A stretch of 64,000 nt of DNA from a virus (lineage: Duplodnaviria > Heunggongvirae > Uroviricota > Caudoviricetes): IMG/VR virus record IMGVR_UViG_3300029641_000003. One strand, given 5' to 3'. Both the position numbers and the translations under genes were made by a program. Positions 18,429 to 25,192 of the stretch are shown in pieces. Under the pieces are notes generated by a model, which saw only the letters and a program-made list of their open reading frames with translations, ran no database searches and was not told where the DNA came from. Each line of letters starts with the position of its first letter. The first letter of the stretch is position 1.

Positions 18429-19000
18429 AAAACCTCCCAGTCAGTAGCGATAATATCAACACCAGTTGCAAACCAGTCTGTCTGTGCCTGTAAATCCCCA
18501 TTCATCATTACCAGGCGAGGCATAACCATCACATCACAACCTTCAACAATATCGAATGCCTCTTCCGGCAGGAATTCGACGAGCTTTTCTTTGCTGCCAA
18601 CACTGCCACGGAGCATCGATATATAGCTCCCTTTAGGCCATGATGTTCGCCGGGCATCAAGCCCCTTCATCATCCAGTAAAAGGCCGATGAGAACGGGAT
18701 GTTCTTTTTGGCGATGAGCACGTTATTCGCTTCTGTGTACTTCAGGAACTTAATTAACCTTACCATTGACTCGGATAACGCAATGTACGGCTCATGATTG
18801 ATTGCTGACACGCTTACGCCGTGCAGTCCAACACTTACCACAGTCATATCACCGTTCTGTGCGGTTTCGATGTTGACGCCTTTACGAACTAACGCTGCAT
18901 AAAGCTCCTCGCGCTTTTGCGTCCAGCATTCTCGTCGCCCTATAAAGTCACTCAAAACGAGATCATCTTCTGAATACGCGTTATCGTTCGCCGTTAACAT
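18425..19000 (-). CDS. two-domain protein with C-terminal DUF2829/Tad2-like domain
   Basis: 191 aa; C-terminal ARRTSWPKGSYI ... TDWFATGVDIIATDWEVF resembles the 10121..10783 C-terminus. Confidence 0.55.
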   Translation of the reverse strand: MLTANDNAYSEDDLVLSDFIGRRECWTQKREELYAALVRKGVNIETAQNGDMTVVSVGLHGVSVSAINHEPYIALSESMVRLIKFLKYTEANNVLIAKKNIPFSSAFYWMMKGLDARRTSWPKGSYISMLRGSVGSKEKLVEFLPEEAFDIVEGCDVMVMPRLVMMNGDLQAQTDWFATGVDIIATDWEVF

Positions 19001-19454
19001 AACGTCTCCTTTTTTACACGCGCGACTATCCCCCGGCTGAACCGGTAGTGACGTCGTAACTTCGTATTAATTAAGGGTTACAGCCTGAGCGGCTATATGA
19101 TGAATTGAAAGGAGTTGTGGCGGTGGTGCCTCCACCTGCCAGGTTAGCCACGCCCGGCGACGACACTTATCAGAACGTAGTGAATGAAAATGGCTTCGTC
19201 ACGAGCGCATAGCCGCAATTACCACAACGGAGAAGGCGCTCGTATTAATTAAACACCTTTTCCTGTTGTACGCCGTGCTATTCCGGCTGTCACACCGAAT
19301 CGCCAGGATGGTGAGTCCCTGAGTCCGCTATCCCTCCAACGGTGACTTGCACATTCCGGCTACCTGGTGTGCCCATGCAGTGTTAGTAAGGCACCTAACA
19401 GCTACACCAGACCGCTAACGACGCATGTGCCATACGCCGTGTTACAACCAAATG

Positions 19455-19530
19455 TGGTGGCCCCTACCGGACTTGAACCGGTGACCGTGCGATTATGAGT
19501 CGCCCGCTCTAACCACTGAGCTAAAGGGCC
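19455..19530 (-). tRNA. tRNA with CAU anticodon (Ile2-like, or Met)
   Basis: Reverse complement GGCCCTTTAGCTCAGTGGTTAGAGCGGGCGACTCATAATCGCACGGTCACCGGTTCAAGTCCGGTAGGGGCCACCA folds as cloverleaf; resembles recalled E. coli ileX. Confidence 0.8.
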
Positions 19531-19539
19531 AGATTACTG

Positions 19540-19668
19540 TTAATTACGCTTACGCTTTTTGCCAGAACCGCGTAAGGCTTTTGCCGCTTGCTCTACCCCG
19601 TATGCAACCACCAGCAGAAACAATAATGTCCACTCCGGGTTTTTATCGGCAAACGCCCAAAAATTCAT
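19540..19668 (-). CDS. small protein (42 aa) with hydrophobic core and basic tail
   Basis: Read by eye: MNFWAFADKNPEWTLLFLLVVAYGVEQAAKALRGSGKKRKRN; ATG overlaps stop of the 77-aa gene upstream. Confidence 0.3.
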   Translation of the reverse strand: MNFWAFADKNPEWTLLFLLVVAYGVEQAAKALRGSGKKRKRN

Positions 19669-19901
19669 CACTTACAGCCACCTTGCATTTCCTCGGATAA
19701 TTCATTGACTTTAGTGCTCAATAAGTAATCAAAGTAAAGATAAAACACAAAAGTAACGATAGTGCTTAAAGTGTCTGAAATTGCGTATTTCAGCTCAGGA
19801 AGCATGACAAAGCAGACAAATAGCGGAAGAAATAACTGCACTATGCACAGACTCTCCTTCCACAACCATCTATATCTGAAGTCTGACAACAAAAACTCCA
19901 T
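19668..19901 (-). CDS. small membrane protein
   Basis: 77 aa with two hydrophobic helices. Confidence 0.4.
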   Translation of the reverse strand: MEFLLSDFRYRWLWKESLCIVQLFLPLFVCFVMLPELKYAISDTLSTIVTFVFYLYFDYLLSTKVNELSEEMQGGCK

Positions 19902-20026
19902 TGCTTGAAACTTTATTAGATTGCGGTGCCTGGTGCCTCCAGGTGACGTTAACCAGTTAACAATTAACGCCGGGATGTTTGACTTAACTATTAAGGAAAA
20001 TTGTTTTAACTGTTCCGCGTGCGCTT

Positions 20027-20059
20027 AGCCGCATTCACCGCAATGGTAAGAGCATTTGG
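20027..20059. repeat. tRNA-cluster repeat, copy B
   Basis: AGCCGCATTCACCGCAATGGTAAGAGCATTTGG; related copies near 19211, 20383 and inverted near 20465. Confidence 0.5.
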
Positions 20060-20149
20060 CTGGCTGGGCGGCGATGACGCCTGTACGCATTTGGTGATCC
20101 GGTTCTGCTTCCGGCATTCGCTTAATTAGCCAAATACTCTTAACGTTGC

Positions 20150-20236
20150 GCTGGCGGAGAGTAATGGAATCGAACCATCATCGCTTGCGCAATGGGACGG
20201 TTTTCAAGACCGCTTGAGCACCATGCTCCCTACTCT
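20150..20236 (-). tRNA. tRNA-Ser (UGA anticodon), long variable arm
   Basis: Acceptor stem GGAGAGT/ACTCTCC plus G-CCA; anticodon arm CGGTCTTGAAAACCG as in recalled E. coli tRNA-Ser; D-arm atypical. Confidence 0.6.
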
Positions 20237-20382
20237 CCAGTGATTGTGGTGGTCGGTACTGATCTCCGACTGCGCCTCTTTTTTTCATAGCCCATAAGGC
20301 CGGTCAGTGCGCTTGATGACTGAGGCATCGATATTTACTACGCCGCCTCGTTGCCATAGGGCGGACTTGCGCGCCAGCAACG

Positions 20383-20486
20383 CGCATTCACCACAACGGA
20401 AAGAGCATTTATGGCTCGCATCGCGGGAAGCGGGAAAAAACCCACGGTAGAGAGTCGAACTCTACAAATGCTCTTACCTGTTGTGT
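20383..20486. repeat. inverted pair of the tRNA-cluster repeat (copies C and D)
   Basis: CACCACAACGGAAAGAGCATTT ... AAATGCTCTTACCTGTTGTG flank a GTAGAGAGTCGAACTCTAC hairpin 3' of tRNA-Thr. Confidence 0.45.
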
Positions 20487-20562
20487 TGGTGCCGGTTAAC
20501 GGACTCGAACCGCTGACATCCTGCTTACAAGGCAGGCGCTCTACCAACTGAGCTAAACCGGC
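20487..20562 (-). tRNA. tRNA-Thr (UGU)
   Basis: Reverse complement GCCGGTTTAGCTCAGTTGGTAGAGCGCCTGCCTTGTAAGCAGGATGTCAGCGGTTCGAGTCCGTTAACCGGCACCA. Confidence 0.85.
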
Positions 20563-20564
20563 AT

Positions 20565-20639
20565 TGGCGATGGTGGATGGATTCGAACCACCGACCAGTT
20601 GGTTAACAGCCAACTGCTCTACCACTGAGCTACACCATC
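20565..20639 (-). tRNA. tRNA-Asn (GUU)
   Basis: Reverse complement ...GTTGGCTGTTAACCAAC...GGTTCGAATCC...CACCATCGCCA; abuts tRNA-Thr. Confidence 0.8.
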
Positions 20640-21950
20640 ACTTGCCGGGTACGTCTCCGGCGAGGGCTTCCACCTCCGTATGCTTTTCGGCGCACCGCGC
20701 CCTGGCTGCAATTCGGTAACAGGGGATGCACAACCCTGGCTTCCAGCGTGATTAGCGCCTTCAGCATGACGGGATATACCCGTTACAAGACATTATTCCA
20801 GAAAGCCATTAACCAATGGCTGTTACGCGGAAAGGACGTAACAGGTAAGGGCGCTGACCAGAAAGACCTGACCCTTCTCATTCATCTGGTTAATCACACC
20901 AGCGCCCTTGCCTGTTATGCCTCCCCGTTCCCTAATACACAGACGGGGACACTCTGCGGTCGATTTTTTGACGGGGGACGACTCATACCCCGTGGTGTCA
21001 GGCTTCTTAGGCCGCTACCATCATCAGATCATCGTTTGCATTTACTTTAATGGTCGGGTTCTAAACCGCCGCAAAGTCGCTAACCATGACGAAAACACTG
21101 AAAAAACACCCACCCGAAGGTGGGCAAATATCCCACTCGCGGTATTGCCACTTAGGCGTATGGTCAACCTGGCAACTCGGTGTCCTCAACGGGGAAGGAA
21201 TAACCCCGCCATACTTACCGCCGCGCCTGTCGCGGTTATCGCTACGTATCAACATAAAAGCCGACTGCCTGAGCAAGATTCACTTTCAAAGGCCCGCAGA
21301 AAGGAATCCATAGTCGGCTTTTATCTTGAAGCGGCTCTCTCTCCGCCCGTCACCGCTCTGTCTCGGTTGTCACGTTTGCCACGCCAGCCGTAACGAGGTT
21401 TAAAGTCTTTGCACGTTTCCATCACTCGACTGCCGTCTGTGGCTGTTCGTTGCAGCGGGGGTGCCTCCCCCTGGGGATATCCCCGGCCTTACCCCATTCT
21501 TTCAAGACACAATGCAAGGCCACATCCGCATAGGTGCATTACCGCAACGTTAAGGAGACTCAGAGTCAGCAAAATAAGAGGAAAACCCAACTCTGCGCCT
21601 CCTTAACGTTGAGGATGTGCACTGATGATGACCCGATGCAGCCTGGCCCACTTAACATACTCACTGCCAGATCATCATCAATGAACACCATAAAAAGACC
21701 TTCCGTGGCTCAAGTCACTGTCGTTTACTCCGTAAAATGCTCTCGCTGAAACCACTTTACGCACTAAACCTGCCGGGCATGTATTTGCACGGTGCCGGAG
21801 CTTTCCCTTACCTTAAAATTTACTTTCTAACACTTAAATTTGTTTGATGCTGGTGGGGAAAGACAATGAAGTGACTATCAAACCCGCAAGCGACATGGGA
21901 AGCTCCCCACCAGCACGAAAAATTCTATGTTAAGTTAACCCCATAATCAA
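20640..21950 (-). ncRNA. ORF-poor, structure-rich region; candidate non-coding RNA(s)
   Basis: 1.3 kb without a convincing ORF; several long perfect stems (21256..21322, 21457..21471, 21544..21610). Confidence 0.3.
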
Positions 21951-21951
21951 T

Positions 21952-21983
21952 ATGTTAGAAAAACAATTTTAATTTTCTAACAT
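21952..21983. promoter_or_regulatory. palindromic operator pair
   Basis: ATGTTAGAAAAACAATTTTAATTTTCTAACAT downstream of the 402-aa gene. Confidence 0.6.
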
Positions 21984-21984
21984 A

Positions 21985-23193
21985 TTATTTCCCGTAAAGA
22001 TTTTCAACTCCACCGTTCTTCTTATCCCACTCGTTCGCCCATACCCGGCAAGCATCAATTATTTCCTGACGGCGATCGCCCTGCATGAACGGAATGCTTT
22101 CATGAAAGCTGCTTGGAATGCAGGCCACACTGAACACTGTATCAAACTCAGTCTGCTTGATTGCCTCCAACGTCTCTGGACGCATTTTCAATTCGTCGAT
22201 CGGTGCATCCTTAGAGTCCATAATCCGGCGATGCAAGCGTGGAAAATCCGTTTCAAGGTACGCCATAATTTTATCTGCCAGGCATTCGTCTATGTCGGTA
22301 TTCCAGTCAGTTTCGAAGCCAGGAATTCGGTAGTAAAGCGGCGTTCCCCATACTGACGGGATCACATCCATCGTCAGCAGGCGGCTGGTTCTGATTTGCT
22401 GATGGTAATTTGCCGTCAGCAACGCTTCGCCACGTTGCCCAGTCTCCGCGACCAGACCATGCGGAAACTCATGGATATAGGCAATAGCTTCTCTTCCGTC
22501 ATACATTAGCGGGAATGTCTCTGGCCTTTGCCCCATGCCACAGGCGCGATTCAGATCATGACCAAGCTCTGAGCACTCTCGTTTCAATGTTTCAATAATG
22601 CTCTGCGCCGCTGCTAACTTTTTACGCAGTGTGACGAGTTCGCCTTGATACTCAACGCATTGCTGATTTAGCTTGGTTAAACGCTCTTTTAGTTCCCGAC
22701 GCTCTCTTTTCAGCGTGCGGTTATCTTTCTCCGCAACATCCAGTCGTTTTGTCAGGCTTGGCGGATAGTCTTTTTTGTAACGACTCAAATCGACTTCAGC
22801 AGATTTGCGCAGTGTATTTGCCTGCTCAAGACGCGCCTCCAGATTGCCGATCTCATTACGCATATTCGCGGCAAATTGATTAACTGCATCCCCCAGGCTT
22901 TCAACTGTCGCTGATACACCAGTGACTTGAGAAAAACGGATCAAGCCATCATTAACGGCTTGCTGATATTCCTCAAACTGATCCACCAGCTTATTGTAAT
23001 CAACTGCCCCATCATCAAGGAGCTGGTTGATTTCCGCCACCAGGTTATCTGTAGTGGCAATGACGCTCTCATGCAGTCGCTTTGACAGGTCATCGCCCGG
23101 ATTTCGTTTCTGTATAAGCGCGATTTGTGTCCGCAGCGTTTCAATTGCGGTTGAGATGATCTCCAGGCTTGATGATTCTACTTGCTGACTCAT
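21985..23193 (-). CDS. coiled-coil protein, flanked by operator-like sites
   Basis: 402 aa; N-terminal half heptad-rich; operator-like motifs at 23214..23228 and 21952..21983. Confidence 0.65.
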   Translation of the reverse strand: MSQQVESSSLEIISTAIETLRTQIALIQKRNPGDDLSKRLHESVIATTDNLVAEINQLLDDGAVDYNKLVDQFEEYQQAVNDGLIRFSQVTGVSATVESLGDAVNQFAANMRNEIGNLEARLEQANTLRKSAEVDLSRYKKDYPPSLTKRLDVAEKDNRTLKRERRELKERLTKLNQQCVEYQGELVTLRKKLAAAQSIIETLKRECSELGHDLNRACGMGQRPETFPLMYDGREAIAYIHEFPHGLVAETGQRGEALLTANYHQQIRTSRLLTMDVIPSVWGTPLYYRIPGFETDWNTDIDECLADKIMAYLETDFPRLHRRIMDSKDAPIDELKMRPETLEAIKQTEFDTVFSVACIPSSFHESIPFMQGDRRQEIIDACRVWANEWDKKNGGVENLYGK

Positions 23194-23213
23194 GTTTGTT
23201 CCCTTTCTTGAAA

Positions 23214-23228
23214 TTAGTTTTCTAACAT
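23214..23228. promoter_or_regulatory. operator-like motif
   Basis: TTAGTTTTCTAACAT, 20 bp upstream of the 402-aa gene start. Confidence 0.55.
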
Positions 23229-23302
23229 ATTTTATTAGTATGCAATTTCAATAAAAAGACTCAGGCAACAAAAAACCCGCCAACTGGCGGGTTTATGACC
23301 GT

Positions 23303-23629
23303 TTAGACGTGTTGGAGTAGCATGTATGCCATATAAATCAAAGCTATCAGTACGACAACTACCTCTGAAATTCTAAACGCGCGCTTTACTATCTGCCGCT
23401 CACCGTGGGGTATACCATCCGAGTATTCCTGATCCGTCATTTTCCCCAGCCAGCTTACCGATAACAGAGCTGCATTCTCACTCATATCAAGTTCACTTAC
23501 GGCCTCTCGTATAAGTGGAGCGGTTACTTTCCTGGAAGCAACTTTCATGGTTATGCTTCTGGTTCTTCCGGCGTCATCAGCAAACGTCAGATTTACGTGG
23601 TGTTTTCTGCTCAATGAACAAACTCCCAA
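23303..23629 (-). CDS. small C-terminally membrane-anchored protein
   Basis: Likely starts at internal ATG 23548 (MKVASRK..., 81 aa); C-terminal helix VVVVLIALIYMAYMLL. Confidence 0.45.
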   Translation of the reverse strand: MGVCSLSRKHHVNLTFADDAGRTRSITMKVASRKVTAPLIREAVSELDMSENAALLSVSWLGKMTDQEYSDGIPHGERQIVKRAFRISEVVVVLIALIYMAYMLLQHV

Positions 23630-23811
23630 TCATTGGCTTTCGCGCTTTCCGGGGTAATGCATACCTTGTCGCCGGTAACTATGTTTCGGGCTTCTAATGC
23701 CCCATCATCCATCTTTTTAAGCTCTATACAGAAAGAATGAGGCCATGAGCAGCGACGAGCAACAACGTTAGCACCGGCAGGGATAAGTTCAGCCACGTTA
23801 AGTAAACGCAA
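23611..23811 (-). CDS. small DUF2829/Tad2-like protein
   Basis: 66 aa; VARRCSW near N-terminus and C-terminal ESAKANDWEFV echo the two larger paralogs. Confidence 0.45.
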   Translation of the reverse strand: MRLLNVAELIPAGANVVARRCSWPHSFCIELKKMDDGALEARNIVTGDKVCITPESAKANDWEFVH

Positions 23812-23825
23812 AACGATTTCTCCGT

Positions 23826-24272
23826 TTAATCAAGATTTACATATTCCGTGATAGCTTTTATGGCTTCATCGGCACTGCGCGCCTCAAAGCAGTAATAGCC
23901 TGCTTCCGTGAGGCGAGTCATCCAGACGAGCTGTTCGGGAGTCAGACGGTTTCTCCCGTGCTTCATCTCAATGCGCATTCCGTGATACCCACCACGAGCA
24001 AGGTCAATAGAAAGGTCCGGATAGCCCTTCTTCTGACCTTCTGCCACCATCTTAATGGCTGTCCTTTTGCCTCTCAGGCCGCCGTTCGGTGTTGAGTGTG
24101 TGTGCTCATACACGTATCGCATGTTGCGATACAGCCAATCCAGAACGCGAACCTGTTCGTAATGTTCGTAATTCCGTTTTAATAAGTCAGGTTTTCTTTC
24201 TAACTCTCTCAGTGCAGCAGCGTGCGGGGATATTTCAGAATACGCACTATGATGCCTGCGTCTTCGCATCAA
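23826..24272 (-). CDS. VRR-NUC domain nuclease
   Basis: 148 aa; GYPDLSIDLARGGYHGMRIEMKHG fits PD-(D/E)xK / VRR-NUC pattern; operator-like motif at 24271..24283. Confidence 0.7.
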   Translation of the reverse strand: MMRRRRHHSAYSEISPHAAALRELERKPDLLKRNYEHYEQVRVLDWLYRNMRYVYEHTHSTPNGGLRGKRTAIKMVAEGQKKGYPDLSIDLARGGYHGMRIEMKHGRNRLTPEQLVWMTRLTEAGYYCFEARSADEAIKAITEYVNLD

Positions 24273-24283
24273 ATTTCTAACAC
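24271..24283. promoter_or_regulatory. operator-like motif
   Basis: AAATTTCTAACAC immediately upstream of the VRR-NUC gene. Confidence 0.5.
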
Positions 24284-24458
24284 AAACCTCCTTAATTCAT
24301 AATCACGATAATAACAAGAGCGTTAGTTTTATCAAAACCGGGGGGAATACTACTAAAGAGATAGGTGGATGCAACAGGTCGGATTTGTTTTTAGAGCAAA
24401 TGGTGATAAGGGTCAACAAGCCGGGTAAATTGTATGTCATTTACCCAACTTGTTATTT

Positions 24459-24719
24459 TTAATGGTTTATTTTATCCGGTTCGTTAATTTCCGTAACCGC
24501 CTTGTCGATAGCGATCATCCATCCTTCATAGGATAAATCATCAACAAGCCCCACCAGCTTATCGTCAGTGTGCGGAAAATAAATCCATCCCCATTTCGAA
24601 GGGTTTTCTATATGCCGCAGGGTAAATACCCGCTTATAACGGTGGTATTCAAGGGCGTATCCCTTCCCTTGTGAGTACGCTTTTAAGTCGTCGATCGTAA
24701 ACCTACGATTCTTTCGCAT
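24459..24719 (-). CDS. hypothetical protein
   Basis: 86-aa ORF downstream of darB, same strand. Confidence 0.5.
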   Translation of the reverse strand: MRKNRRFTIDDLKAYSQGKGYALEYHRYKRVFTLRHIENPSKWGWIYFPHTDDKLVGLVDDLSYEGWMIAIDKAVTEINEPDKINH

Positions 24720-24721
24720 GG

Positions 24722-25156
24722 CTACCCCACGATTCGATATTTCTCTATAGACTCGTCGTAACTTGTGTATACGTATGGCTCTGTATCATCAGCATAAGGC
24801 GCGACTTCCAGAGCATGAACGGGATTGTATACCGCGTCATTTTCCAGGCGATCGCTCGAATACAGATGCCCGGCTAAAACCGTAAGCGCCGGGCGACTCA
24901 TTTTGTAGATCTCTGCCACATCACTATCTACAACTTGTCCAAATGATATGTCGCCGCGCTCCAGCAATAACGTTTTAAGCGCAGGCCACCACGGCCCATA
25001 AAGGTGATAAAGCTGTGGATCTCTTTTCAGCCTTTCCACCATGCCATCCAGATATGCATCCAGAAACGCCTCTTCACTCCTGCCATTGAGCGCCTGCGGC
25101 AAAATGTCCTCAAGGTAGGATTCCGTCGGTTTTACAGTGTCAATTAATGTCGTCAT
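24722..25156 (-). CDS. hypothetical protein
   Basis: 144-aa ORF immediately after darB. Confidence 0.5.
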   Translation of the reverse strand: MTTLIDTVKPTESYLEDILPQALNGRSEEAFLDAYLDGMVERLKRDPQLYHLYGPWWPALKTLLLERGDISFGQVVDSDVAEIYKMSRPALTVLAGHLYSSDRLENDAVYNPVHALEVAPYADDTEPYVYTSYDESIEKYRIVG

Positions 25157-25192
25157 TCAAATTCGGCCCCGGATGGGGCCGCTCCTTATCTG

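Noticed and set aside
20150-20236. Selenocysteine tRNA
   Set aside because: Long variable arm suggested it, but anticodon is UGA (Ser), not UCA.
20338-20625. 95-aa minus-strand ORF
   Set aside because: Lies directly over tRNA-Thr and tRNA-Asn; artefact of the tRNA sequences.
20748-21393. Overlapping plus-strand ORFs (100 and 161 aa) in the region upstream of the tRNA cluster
   Set aside because: Arg/Pro/Leu-rich translations, overlapping frames, no RBS; region better explained as non-coding structured DNA/RNA.
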